Positions 27,905-37,257 of a stretch of DNA of 64,000 nt are shown piece by piece (the stretch's first letter is position 1; every line of letters begins with the position of its first letter). The notes beneath the pieces are model-generated. The model was not told where the DNA came from and did no database searches. It saw nothing but the letters and a program-made list of their open reading frames with translations. The DNA lies in the NCBI GenBank assembly GCA_041906305.1, contig JAYRJL010000004.1, positions 264,334-328,333 on the forward strand, written 5' to 3'. The DNA is from Alphaproteobacteria bacterium (GTDB taxonomy: Bacteria; Pseudomonadota; Alphaproteobacteria; SHVZ01). Made by a program: the position numbers and the translations under genes.

Positions 27905-28711
27905 GTGATGTCAGCGGTGCGGGTCTGGTGCGGGCAGGGGACGGCAGGCGTCCTGGCTGGGGCGTTGCTGTTTTCGTCATCCGCCTTTGCGGTCGAGGTA
28001 GCTCCCCACCGCGCCATCTACGACCTCTCCCTCGCCCATGCGAAGTCGTCGAGCGGGATCGTCGACGCGAAGGGCTCGATGCTGGTCGAGTGGGCCGACA
28101 GCTGCGACGGCTGGACCATCGATCAGCGCTACCGGCTGACCGTGACCAGCGACGAATCCGAGAACTCGCAGGTCGTCGTCAGCTTCTCTACCTGGGAGGC
28201 GAAGGACGGCCTCTCCTATCGCTTCTTCATGCGCAAGATGCGCGACGGCGACGTCGCGGAGGAGATGCGCGGGCGCGCCAAGCTGGAGGGGAAGGGCGAG
28301 GGCGGCACGGCTGAGTTCACCCAGCCTGAAACCACGACGGTCGAGCTGCCGCGCGGCACCATGTTCCCGACCGACCACACGCTGCTGCTGATCGAGTCCG
28401 CGAACGGCAACGAGCGCTTCGTCACCCGCAAGGTCTTCGACGGCGGCGAGACCGAGGGGCCGAGCGACGTCACGGCCGCGATCGGTCAGGCGGTGGATCC
28501 GGTCGACACCAAGGCGCCTCTGCTCAACCGTCGCGGCTGGCCGATGCGGCTCGCCTTCTATGCGCCCGACGCCGCTGGATCCGAGCCCGACTACGAGGTC
28601 GGCATGAAGCTGCTCGAGAACGGCGTCGCCGAGGGCATGACCCTTGACTACGGCGACATGGTCGTCCGGGCCAAGCTGCGCGAGATCGAGGCGCTCAAGC
28701 CGAACTGCTGA
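27905..28711 (+). CDS. secreted EipB-like (DUF1849) cell-envelope protein
   Basis: Signal peptide ...ALLFSSSAFA, 268 aa. The match to the Brucella EipB family is recalled, not searched. Confidence 0.5.
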   Translation: MMSAVRVWCGQGTAGVLAGALLFSSSAFAVEVAPHRAIYDLSLAHAKSSSGIVDAKGSMLVEWADSCDGWTIDQRYRLTVTSDESENSQVVVSFSTWEAKDGLSYRFFMRKMRDGDVAEEMRGRAKLEGKGEGGTAEFTQPETTTVELPRGTMFPTDHTLLLIESANGNERFVTRKVFDGGETEGPSDVTAAIGQAVDPVDTKAPLLNRRGWPMRLAFYAPDAAGSEPDYEVGMKLLENGVAEGMTLDYGDMVVRAKLREIEALKPNC

Positions 28712-28713
28712 GC

Positions 28714-28730
28714 GCGCCGATGCTCGGCGC
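28714..28730. terminator. bidirectional hairpin between the convergent EipB-like gene and argC
   Basis: gcgccga-tgc-tcggcgc, a 7-bp GC-rich stem. Confidence 0.4.
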
Positions 28731-28759
28731 TTCGACTTGGCGCCTGGAGGCCCGCCCTG

Positions 28760-29737
28760 TCATGGCCAAACCGGCGCGCCCTCCAGTCCCGCGGTTTCCG
28801 GAAGGCCGCAGATCAGGTTCGCATTCTGCACCGCCTGGCCGGCGGCGCCCTTGCCCAGATTGTCGACCACGCCCATCGCGATCACCAGGTTGCGGTCCGG
28901 ATCGGCCGCATAGCTGACGAATGCGAGGTTCGAGCCGGTCGCCCATTTGGTCTGCGGTGGCTTGTCGGTCACGCGGATGAACGCCCGCCCGGCATAGAAG
29001 CGCCGCGCCGCGTCCAGGCACTGGTCCGTGGTGGCGCGGCCGCGGCAGTAGATGGTGGCGAGAACGCCGCGCGTCATCGGCACCAGGTGCGGCGTGAACA
29101 CCAGCCCGGCAGCGCTGCCGCCGCTCAAGCGCTCGATCGTCTTGGCAATCTCGGGCATGTGGACGTGCTTGAGCAGACCGTAGGGCAGCAGGTTCTCGTT
29201 GGTTTCGGCGTAGCCGAACCGGCTGTCGGCACCGCCCCGGCCGGCGCCGGAGACCCCGGTCTTGGCGTCGATCACGATGTTGCCGGGCTCGATCAGATTG
29301 CCGGCCAGCAGCGGCGCCAGCGCGTTCAGCGCCGCCGCGGGGTAGCAGCCGGGGTTGGCGATGCGGGTCCGACCCGCGATCTCCGTCGGCCAGACGTCGG
29401 CCAGGCCGTACGCCCACCCGTCGACGTAGCGGTGGTCGCCGCCGATGTCGACGATCTTCACGTCCTTGGGCACGCGCGCGAGCGCCTCGGCGGAGGCACC
29501 CGTGGGCAGCGACGCGAACAGCACATCGAGCTTCGGCAGGGTCGCAGGGTCCCACTTCTCGATCATCAAACCGGCCAGCTTTGCGGGCACGCCGGGGAAG
29601 CGGTCCGCCAGCTGGCTGCCGGCGCTGCCTTCGCCTGCGGCGTAGACCAGCTCGAAAGAAGGATGGCTCGCGACCAGGCGCATCGCCTCGCCGCCACCAA
29701 AACCGCTGATTCCGACGATGCCGATGCGAATGCTCAT
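28760..29737 (-). CDS. argC: N-acetyl-gamma-glutamyl-phosphate reductase
   Basis: 325 aa; GxxGxxG NAD(P) motif IGIVGISGFGG and active-site Cys in NPGCYP. Confidence 0.9.
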   Translation of the reverse strand: MSIRIGIVGISGFGGGEAMRLVASHPSFELVYAAGEGSAGSQLADRFPGVPAKLAGLMIEKWDPATLPKLDVLFASLPTGASAEALARVPKDVKIVDIGGDHRYVDGWAYGLADVWPTEIAGRTRIANPGCYPAAALNALAPLLAGNLIEPGNIVIDAKTGVSGAGRGGADSRFGYAETNENLLPYGLLKHVHMPEIAKTIERLSGGSAAGLVFTPHLVPMTRGVLATIYCRGRATTDQCLDAARRFYAGRAFIRVTDKPPQTKWATGSNLAFVSYAADPDRNLVIAMGVVDNLGKGAAGQAVQNANLICGLPETAGLEGAPVWP

Positions 29738-29776
29738 GATGATGTCCTCTGGGATCTGTGCAAATAAGATCTGGGC

Positions 29777-29801
29777 AAAAGAAAACCCCCGGAGCCGGGG
29801 G
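29777..29801 (-). terminator. intrinsic terminator on minus strand (GC hairpin cccccgg..ccggggg followed by UUUUCUUUUG)
   Basis: Plus strand reads aaaagaaaa-cccccggagccggggg. On the minus strand this is a hairpin followed by a U-run, 40 nt upstream of the argC start. It would terminate a short minus-strand transcript arising in the gene-free 29810-30137 region. Confidence 0.5.
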
Positions 29802-30137
29802 CTGCGGGGGTTCAGGAACGCGGGCCGGGGCCGCTCCAGACGATGGGACCTACGGAGAGGCGGTCACCACGCTGAAGGACGCTGATCGGCGCGCAGCCCG
29901 AGGAGCCGCCGCTTGGGGGCGACGACGTCGGCGTCGATCATGAAGGTCGTGGTTCCTGCGCATGCCGGCCAACACTGGCGCTCTCCCCATTGGTCGTCAA
30001 GGGGGAGCGGCCACCGGCAGGACGGGCCTCTCATCAGGATAGGCAGTTCGATCCGCCGTCCGGCGCTTAGGCTTGTCTGCCTGCGGGCCTGATCTAAAGT
30101 CCGCGCCTCCCGTCGATTCATCACAAGGACCAGAGAC

Positions 30138-31169
30138 ATGGAATACCGGCTGCTCGGCGGCTCGGGCTTCAGCGTGCCCGCGCTCAGCTTCGGTACGGCG
30201 ACCTTCGGCGGCGGCAACGAGCACCTGCGCGTCTGGGGCGCCACCCAGGTCGGCGAGGCCAAGCGCATGATCGACATGTGCCTCGATGCCGGCGTCACGC
30301 TGTTCGACAGCGCCGACGCGTATTCGGAGGGAATGGCCGAGGACATCCTCGGCCAGGCGCTGGCCGGCCGCCGCGACAAGGTCCTGGTCTCGACCAAGGC
30401 GATGTTCCGCATGGGCCCGGCGGCGAACGACATCGGCACCTCCCGTCACCACCTGATGGCGGCGATCGACGCCAGCCTGAAGCGGCTTCGCACCGATTAT
30501 GTCGACCTCTGGCAGATGCACACCTTCGACGCGCTGACGCCGATCGAGGAGACGATGCGCGCGCTCGACGACATCGTGCGGGCCGGCAAGGTCCGCTACA
30601 TCGGCTGCTCGAACTATTCCGGCTGGCATCTGATGAAGTCGCTGGCGGTCGCCGACCGCTACGGCTGGAGCCGCTACGTCGCGCATCAGGCCTACTACTC
30701 GCTTGTTGGGCGCGACTACGAATGGGAACTGATGCCGCTCGGGCTGGCAGAGAAGGTCGGCTGCATCGTGTGGAGCCCGCTCGCCGGCGGCAAGCTCAGC
30801 GGCAAGATCACGCGCGACAAGCCGGCGCCGGCAGGAACGCGCGTCGCGGTCCAGGGCGCCAACGGCCCGCAGATCCCGGACGAGCAGTTCTACGAGATCA
30901 TGGACGTGCTGCAGGATCTGGCGAAGGAGACGGGCCGCAGCGTTTCGCAGGTCGCGCTGAACTGGGTGCTTCGGCGCCCGACCGTCTCGTCGGTGGTGAT
31001 CGGCGCGCGCAACGAGGCGCAGCTGAAGGACAATCTCGGCGCCGCCGACTTCGTCCTCTCGCCCGAGCAGATCCGGCGCCTGGATACCGTGAGCGAGCGC
31101 CCGCCCGCCTATCCCTACTGGCACCAGCGCAAGCCGCTCGCGGTCGTGCGCAATCCGGTGCCGGTGTGA
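30138..31169 (+). CDS. aldo/keto reductase
   Basis: 343 aa; the AKR catalytic tetrad context (DSADAY ... K ... H) and the IGCSNYSGWHL motif. Confidence 0.9.
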   Translation: MEYRLLGGSGFSVPALSFGTATFGGGNEHLRVWGATQVGEAKRMIDMCLDAGVTLFDSADAYSEGMAEDILGQALAGRRDKVLVSTKAMFRMGPAANDIGTSRHHLMAAIDASLKRLRTDYVDLWQMHTFDALTPIEETMRALDDIVRAGKVRYIGCSNYSGWHLMKSLAVADRYGWSRYVAHQAYYSLVGRDYEWELMPLGLAEKVGCIVWSPLAGGKLSGKITRDKPAPAGTRVAVQGANGPQIPDEQFYEIMDVLQDLAKETGRSVSQVALNWVLRRPTVSSVVIGARNEAQLKDNLGAADFVLSPEQIRRLDTVSERPPAYPYWHQRKPLAVVRNPVPV

Positions 31170-31235
31170 GGTGGGGCCGTCCCGATCGGACGGCTCGGTT
31201 GACTTCACAAATTGCGCCTCGGCATAGTCTCGCGC

Positions 31236-32549
31236 ATGGCTTTTACTCTTCTGCTGTCCGGCGACTCGATCCTCCAGCGCCGGTTGAACAGCCGTGACGA
31301 CGCCGAGCTCAAGCCGCTTTTCGACAAGGTTCGCGCGGCCGATGTCGCCTTCACCAATCTGGAAGTGCTCGCCAACGACTATCGCGGCGACCCCGCGCTC
31401 GAGAGCGGCGGCTCCCATTTCGGCGCGCCGGCCTGGGTGCTCGACGAACTGGTGACGGCCGGTTTCGACCTCTTCGCCGCGGCCACCAACCATGCGCTCG
31501 ACTATTCGATCTCTGGCCTCGTGCACACGATCGAGGCCCTGGAGGGACGGGGGCTTTCGTTCGCGGGCGTCGGGCGCAATCTCGAGGACGCCAGGCGACC
31601 CTGCTATCACACTTCCCCGGCCGGGACCGTGGCGATGATCTCCGTCTGCTCGACCTTCGCCAAGGGCAACGAAGCGGGTGCGCAGCGCCCAGACCTGCCG
31701 GGCCGTCCTGGATTGAACCCGCTCCATGCCGAAACCGTTTACGAGCTCACCGAACAGCAGCTCGCCCATGTGCGCGAGATCGCGGAGGTCACCGGCATCG
31801 AGGCGGAGCGCCAGCAGAGGATCAAGGCGGGCGGTGCGTTCCCGCTCGCCGATTCCACGCTCTTTCCGCTCGGCGATCTGAAGTTCAGGTCGGCCAATCG
31901 CGCCCAGGTGCGCACGACACCCAATGCCAAGGACGTGGCCGCGATCAGGCGCTGGGTCGAGGAGGCGCGGGGGCTCGCCGACCTCGTGATGGTGAGCCTG
32001 CACGCGCACGAGCAGCTCGGCGACAAGGAGGTGCCGGCCGAGTTCATCGGCACCTTCGCGCGCGAGATGATCGATGCGGGCGCCGACCTCGTCGCCGGCC
32101 ACGGGCCGCATCTGCTGCGTGGCCTGGAACTCTACAAGGGCAAGCCGATCTTCTACAGCCTGGGCAATTTCATCGGCCAGAACGAGCTCGTCGCCAAAAT
32201 CCCCGCCGACGGCTACGACCGATTCCGCGCCGAGCCCGACCTCAAGCCGGGACAGGTCTACCAGAAGCGTACGGAAGGCGACCAGAAGGGCTTCCCGGCC
32301 GACCAGCGCTACTGGGAAGCGGTCGTCCCCACGCTCAGCTTCGAGAGCGACGCGAACGGGCGGAAGACGTTGCGTGCGATCGAGCTGACGCCGATCTCGC
32401 TCGGCTGGAAGGACGCACGCCATCGCCGCGGGCGTCCCCGCCTCGCCGGGCGGGAAGAAGGAACCGCGATCCTCCGGCGTTTCGCCGATCTCTCACGGCC
32501 GTTCGGCACCGAGCTTTGCGACGAAGGCCGATCGGTCAGGCTGTCCTGA
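31236..32549 (+). CDS. CapA family (PGA_cap, metallophosphatase-like) protein
   Basis: SLHAHEQ ... GHGPHLLRGLELYKGKPIFYSLGNF matches CapA/PgsA-type. Start is MAFTLLL (31236) or 31212. Confidence 0.75.
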   Translation: MAFTLLLSGDSILQRRLNSRDDAELKPLFDKVRAADVAFTNLEVLANDYRGDPALESGGSHFGAPAWVLDELVTAGFDLFAAATNHALDYSISGLVHTIEALEGRGLSFAGVGRNLEDARRPCYHTSPAGTVAMISVCSTFAKGNEAGAQRPDLPGRPGLNPLHAETVYELTEQQLAHVREIAEVTGIEAERQQRIKAGGAFPLADSTLFPLGDLKFRSANRAQVRTTPNAKDVAAIRRWVEEARGLADLVMVSLHAHEQLGDKEVPAEFIGTFAREMIDAGADLVAGHGPHLLRGLELYKGKPIFYSLGNFIGQNELVAKIPADGYDRFRAEPDLKPGQVYQKRTEGDQKGFPADQRYWEAVVPTLSFESDANGRKTLRAIELTPISLGWKDARHRRGRPRLAGREEGTAILRRFADLSRPFGTELCDEGRSVRLS

Positions 32550-32564
32550 AGAAAGTGAAGATGC

Positions 32565-33779
32565 ATGTTCGACTTTGACCGCGTCATCGAACGCCGAGGC
32601 ACCCACTCGACCAAATGGGACATGATCGCCAAGCTGTCCGGCATCCAGGCGGCGGATGCGCTGCCGATGTGGGTTGCCGACATGGATTTCGCGGCACCTC
32701 CCGGTGTCACCGCGGCTCTCATGGAGGAGGTGCAGCGGGCGACGCACGGCTACTACGCCGACACCGGCAGCTGGGCGGCGGCTCTCGCCGAGTGGATGCG
32801 GCGCAGGCATCGGCTCACCTTGGACCCGGCCTGGGTTTCGCAGACGCCGGGCATCGTCTCGGGCCTCGGGCTGATCCTGCAGGCGATCACGGAACCCGGC
32901 GACGAGGTGATCCTGTTCCCGCCGGCCTACCATGCCTTCCGGAAGATCATCCTGGCCAACGACCGGTGCATCCTCGATGCCCCGCTGGTCGAGACCGACG
33001 GCCGCTACCGCATGGATCTGGCGGCGCTGAAGGCGAAGCTCACACCGCGCTCGAAGGTGGTGTTCTACTGCAATCCGCATAACCCCGGCGGCACGGTCTG
33101 GACCGCGGAGGAGACGCGGGCGCTCGCCGCCTTCTGCGCCGAGCACGACCTGATCCTGGTATCCGACGAGATCCATTGCGATCTGATGCTGGGCGGTTCC
33201 GTGCACGTGCCGGCGCTCACCGCCGCGCCGGAATTCGCCGACCGCATCATCACCTGCCTCGCCGCCACCAAGACGTTCAACCTCGCCGGCGCCCATGTCG
33301 GCGCCTGCGTCACGTCCAACCCAGCGCTCAAGCAGAAGCTCGATCAGCGGATCATGGCGAGCGGGCTCAGCTCCTACAACAGCTTCGGCATGATCGCGAC
33401 CGAGGCGGCGTGGCGGACCGGCGAGGCATGGCTCGACGCGCTGCTCCCCTATCTCACCAGCAATCGCGACCGGCTCGAATCCAGCATCCGGCAGTCGGTC
33501 CCGGGCGCGCGGCCGATGCGGCTCGAGTCCACCTATCTCGCCTGGGTGGATTTCTCGGGCACCGGGCTCGCGCCTGAGGACGTGGCGGAGCGCGTGAAGA
33601 GCCGCGCCCGGATCTTCGCTAGCCCCGGAGAGCAGTTCGGTCCCGGCGGGGCGAGCTGGCTCAGGCTCAACTTCGCCATGCCGCGGCCCTTGCTGGACGA
33701 GGCCCTCGGGCGGCTCGCCGCCGCGTTCGACGACCTGCGCACGACGACGCGAAGCGAGCGCGCGCCATCCCGTATGTAG
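32565..33779 (+). CDS. PLP-dependent aminotransferase class I/II with C-S lyase activity (MalY/PatB-like cystathionine beta-lyase)
   Basis: 404 aa; PLP lysine region SDEIHCDL...TKTFNLAG. Confidence 0.8.
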   Translation: MFDFDRVIERRGTHSTKWDMIAKLSGIQAADALPMWVADMDFAAPPGVTAALMEEVQRATHGYYADTGSWAAALAEWMRRRHRLTLDPAWVSQTPGIVSGLGLILQAITEPGDEVILFPPAYHAFRKIILANDRCILDAPLVETDGRYRMDLAALKAKLTPRSKVVFYCNPHNPGGTVWTAEETRALAAFCAEHDLILVSDEIHCDLMLGGSVHVPALTAAPEFADRIITCLAATKTFNLAGAHVGACVTSNPALKQKLDQRIMASGLSSYNSFGMIATEAAWRTGEAWLDALLPYLTSNRDRLESSIRQSVPGARPMRLESTYLAWVDFSGTGLAPEDVAERVKSRARIFASPGEQFGPGGASWLRLNFAMPRPLLDEALGRLAAAFDDLRTTTRSERAPSRM

Positions 33780-33878
33780 AACGTCACCGGGGCGGCTCCG
33801 TCCGCGCCTGACGGAACGGACGGAGACCGCTTCGGCGCATCGAGGTCCGTGACCTGGAGCAAGACGCCGGGTATTCGC

Positions 33879-34442
33879 TCATTCGCGCCGCTTGAGGCCG
33901 GTGACCATCGCCCGGATCAAGTTCTCGCGTTGCTCGAGGCTGGTAACCAGCACGCCCACCACATGGACGACGATCAGGACCACGGTCCCGCTCGCGAGAA
34001 CCTCGTGAACTTCCTCGACCCATTTCGCGCCCCAGAAGGCATCGGTCGTCATCATGATTCCCGTGGCGGCCGTCAAAGCCAGGGCGGCGAGCAATGCCAC
34101 GACCATGGCGCCGCCCGCAGGATTGTGCCCGACGTACCGGCGTGCTCGTAGCACGGCAACGTCCGCCAGATAGGCGAGCACCTCTCGCGGCGGGCGAACG
34201 AAATGGCTGAATCGGGCCGTATCAGGTCCCACGAGGCCCCAACCTACCCGCATCACCACGAGCGCTGCGATCGCGTAGCCCGCAGCTATATGCACCTTCT
34301 CGACTTCGTCCCCCGTCGCAAAGGCGATGACGAACAGGACCGCGAGTGACCAGTGGAACACACGCACGAAGCGGTCCCACACCTTGATCGTCGCCGGCGG
34401 CGTCACGCCGCCGGATCCGATCCTTTCATCGATGAAAGTCAT
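33879..34442 (-). CDS. cytochrome b561 family (Ni/Fe-hydrogenase b-type cytochrome-like) membrane protein
   Basis: 187 aa with four TM helices and conserved His residues (RVFHWSLA ... VGHNP). Confidence 0.7.
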   Translation of the reverse strand: MTFIDERIGSGGVTPPATIKVWDRFVRVFHWSLAVLFVIAFATGDEVEKVHIAAGYAIAALVVMRVGWGLVGPDTARFSHFVRPPREVLAYLADVAVLRARRYVGHNPAGGAMVVALLAALALTAATGIMMTTDAFWGAKWVEEVHEVLASGTVVLIVVHVVGVLVTSLEQRENLIRAMVTGLKRRE

Positions 34443-34453
34443 GACCGTGACGG

Positions 34454-34732
34454 TCAGTTCCGGCCGACGATATCGCCGGTCGCGGGATCGACGAAAAGCT
34501 CGGACTTGGCGCCCTTGGCGTCGCGGACGTAGAACTCGCCACAGGCGTTCTTCACCTTCGACTTTTCGACCTTGTAGCCGAGCGCTTCCACCTTGGCCTT
34601 GAGCGCCTCGGCAGACAGCCAGCCAGCCTCCGGGGACGTGGTGCAGGGACGGCCGAAGCTTCCCGCCTCGGCCATGCCGGCGGCAGCGACCAGGGCGGCC
34701 ATGGCTGCGGCCGAAATCAGGGCTTTACGCAT
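34454..34732 (-). CDS. PepSY domain-containing periplasmic protein
   Basis: Signal peptide MRKALISAAAMAALVAAAGMAEA, then a ~65-aa PepSY-like domain (LSAEALKAKVEALGYKVEKSKVKNACGEFYVRD). Confidence 0.65.
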   Translation of the reverse strand: MRKALISAAAMAALVAAAGMAEAGSFGRPCTTSPEAGWLSAEALKAKVEALGYKVEKSKVKNACGEFYVRDAKGAKSELFVDPATGDIVGRN

Positions 34733-34858
34733 ATTCTTCTCCTCGGGTGGGCGCCGCACAGCGCGGCGGAACGGCGCCACATTGCCCAAGTCGGGCTGAC
34801 AGACTCCTGTTGATCTATGTCAGCGTCCTGTCAGGCGGCTGGCGCCACACTTGTTTGA

Positions 34859-35176
34859 ATGACCCATCCATCCTTGCGCGCAGCCGCGGCGATCCTGACG
34901 GCGGCAGTCCTCGTTATCTTGCCGCACGCGACATCGGCCGACGCGACGAGCCAGAACGATCTCAGGCGCGCGGTCGAAAGGGGGGAAATACGCCCCCTCT
35001 CGCAGATTCTGGAATCGCTCCGCGGAAAGGTGCCCGGCGAGGTGGTCCGGGTGGAGGTCGAGCGCAGGAAGGGTCGCTGGCTCTACGAATTCCGGGTCAT
35101 CGGCCCCAACGGCCGGCTTCTCGAAGTGCACGTAGATGCGAGCAGCGGCGAGATCGAGCGGCAGAAGGAGAAGTGA
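34859..35176 (+). CDS. PepSY domain-containing protein
   Basis: Signal peptide, then PepSY-like ...ISQILESLRGKVPGEVVRVEVERRKGRWLYEF. Its stop overlaps the response-regulator ATG (GTGATG). Confidence 0.65.
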   Translation: MTHPSLRAAAAILTAAVLVILPHATSADATSQNDLRRAVERGEIRPLSQILESLRGKVPGEVVRVEVERRKGRWLYEFRVIGPNGRLLEVHVDASSGEIERQKEK

Positions 35177-35841
35177 TGCGCGTTCTGCTGGCGGAGGACG
35201 ATCGGCGGATCGCCGCCGATGTCCAGCGAGCGCTCGAGGCCGCCGGCTACGTCGTCGACGTCGCTGTCGACGGCGAGGATGCCTGGTTCCGCGGCGATAC
35301 GGAGGACTATGGCGCGATCGTCCTGGATCTCGGCCTTCCTCTCATGGACGGCCTTTCCGTGCTCAAGCGTTGGCGCGCCGGCGATCGCCGGACGCCCGTC
35401 CTGATCCTGACCGCGCGCGGCAGCTGGGCCGAGCGGGTCGACGGCATAGATGCCGGCGCCGACGACTACCTGCCGAAGCCGTTTCAGATGGAAGAGCTGC
35501 TCGCGCGCCTGAGGTCGATCGTTCGTCGCTCGGCCGGGCATGCTTCCTCGTTGCTGAACGCCGGCGAGGTGACCCTCGACGAGCGCCAGATGAAGGTCAG
35601 CGTGCGCGGGGTTCCGGTCTCGCTCTCGCCGCTCGAGTATCGCCTCGTGGCCTATCTGCTGCGCCATGCCGGCCGCGTCGTGACCCAGCAGGAGCTCGAG
35701 GAGAACGTATACGGCCACGCCGAGGACCATGGTTCCAACGTGCTGGAGGTCCTGGTCGGCCGGGTTCGCCGCAAGCTCGGTACGCCGCTGATCGAGACAC
35801 GGCGGGGCTTCGGCTATCTCGTGCCGGGGCCGTCCGGATGA
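35176..35841 (+). CDS. OmpR-family two-component response regulator
   Basis: MRVLLAEDD receiver domain plus C-terminal winged-helix (LSPLEYRLVAYLL). Confidence 0.9.
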   Translation: MRVLLAEDDRRIAADVQRALEAAGYVVDVAVDGEDAWFRGDTEDYGAIVLDLGLPLMDGLSVLKRWRAGDRRTPVLILTARGSWAERVDGIDAGADDYLPKPFQMEELLARLRSIVRRSAGHASSLLNAGEVTLDERQMKVSVRGVPVSLSPLEYRLVAYLLRHAGRVVTQQELEENVYGHAEDHGSNVLEVLVGRVRRKLGTPLIETRRGFGYLVPGPSG

Positions 35842-37205
35842 GCCGCCGATCGCTGCGTCTGCGGCTGGTCGCCGGAGGGGTTGTCGCCATCCTGATGGCT
35901 CTGAGCCTGGCGGGCGCCGCCCTGACCTTGCTGTTCGAGCGGCACGTCGAGCGCACGCTCGCCGACGACCTCGACTTCCAGGTGAAGCAGTTGGTCGGCG
36001 CGATCGAGGTCGATCCGGAGGAGAGGCTCACGGTCGCCCGCCCTCTTGGCGATCCGCGCTTCGCCGAACCGTTGTCCGGACTGTATTGGCAAATCGATGC
36101 TGCCGATGGCCAGCAGCTTCGATCGCGGTCGTTGTGGGACACCGCATTGTCGCTTCCCGATGACGTTCCTCGCGCCGGTGAGCTGCATCGTCACGAGACG
36201 CACGGTCCCCTGGACCAACGTGTCCTGATTGCCGAGCGCGCCGTCGTCCTGACAATCGGCGGCAGGTTGCTGAGGGTGCGGGCCGCCGTTGCCGCCGATC
36301 TTGCCCGGGTGGCCGCGGCGCGCGCCGCCTTCGGCCGCGAACTGGCGGCCGCGCTCGCTATGCTTGGGGCTTTCCTTGTTGTGGCGACCGCGGTGCAGGT
36401 CGCCCTCGGGCTGCGCCCCCTCGACGCGTTGAGGCAGGGGATTGCCGATATCCGGACCGGACGGCATCGGCGCCTCAGGCCGGCCGCTCCGAGCGAGGTG
36501 CAGCCGCTCGTCGAGGAGGTCAATGCGCTGCTCGACGCACAGGAGCAGCAGATCGAACGTTCGCGTCGCCGCGCCGCCGATCTCGCTCACGGGCTCAAGA
36601 CGCCGCTCAGCGCGCTGTCCGCCGATGCCGGCCGGCTGCGGGCGCATGGCGAGCATGAACTGGCGCGCGACATCGAAGCGGTGGGCAAGGCGATGAGCCG
36701 CCAGGTCGATCGGGAACTGGCGCGGGCACGCATGCGCAACACACGGCCCGGAAGCGTCGTCGAACCGACGCCGCTCGGTCCGCTGGTCGATGCCCTCATC
36801 GATACGCTCGCGCGCACGCCGGCCGGCGAGCACGTCTCCTTCGAGCGACGGATCGCAAAGGACATATCGCTGCCCTTGGATCGGACCGACCTCGCCGAGG
36901 TCATCGGGAATCTCCTCGAGAATGCGGTTCGTCACGCGGCTTCCCAGGTACGCGTCACCGCCGGCTCAGGCACGGTAGGTCCCGTGGTCACCGTCGAGGA
37001 CGACGGCCCGGGAATCCCCGCCGCCGTTCGAACCGCCGTGCTCCAACGCGGCATCAGGCTCGATCAACGCGGAGACGGCGCCGGTCTCGGGTTCTCCATC
37101 GTGCTCGACGTACTCGATGGGTATGAATGGGAGCTAACTCTCGACGACTCGGATCTCGGAGGGCTCAAGGCCGCGATCGCGCCCATGATGGTTCGCTCCG
37201 ACTAG
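35838..37205 (+). CDS. sensor histidine kinase (HAMP-HisKA-HATPase_c)
   Basis: Two TM helices, H-box LAHGLKTPLSAL, and G-boxes DDGPGIP / GLGFSIV. ATGA overlap with the response regulator. Confidence 0.9.
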   Translation: MSRRSLRLRLVAGGVVAILMALSLAGAALTLLFERHVERTLADDLDFQVKQLVGAIEVDPEERLTVARPLGDPRFAEPLSGLYWQIDAADGQQLRSRSLWDTALSLPDDVPRAGELHRHETHGPLDQRVLIAERAVVLTIGGRLLRVRAAVAADLARVAAARAAFGRELAAALAMLGAFLVVATAVQVALGLRPLDALRQGIADIRTGRHRRLRPAAPSEVQPLVEEVNALLDAQEQQIERSRRRAADLAHGLKTPLSALSADAGRLRAHGEHELARDIEAVGKAMSRQVDRELARARMRNTRPGSVVEPTPLGPLVDALIDTLARTPAGEHVSFERRIAKDISLPLDRTDLAEVIGNLLENAVRHAASQVRVTAGSGTVGPVVTVEDDGPGIPAAVRTAVLQRGIRLDQRGDGAGLGFSIVLDVLDGYEWELTLDDSDLGGLKAAIAPMMVRSD

Positions 37206-37257
37206 GGCAGGAGCCGGACCCGGCTCGCTGGTGGTCGCCAGCGCCTTCCGTGCCTTT

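Noticed and set aside
30020-30060. CUGAUGAG hammerhead-like core on the minus strand
   Set aside because: No matching GAAA/helix III arrangement. Likely coincidental.
29864-30439. 191-aa minus-strand ORF in the argC-AKR intergenic region
   Set aside because: It overlaps the AKR start on the opposite strand, has low-complexity Pro/Ser/Arg composition and no RBS. The region is better explained as non-coding RNA or regulatory DNA.
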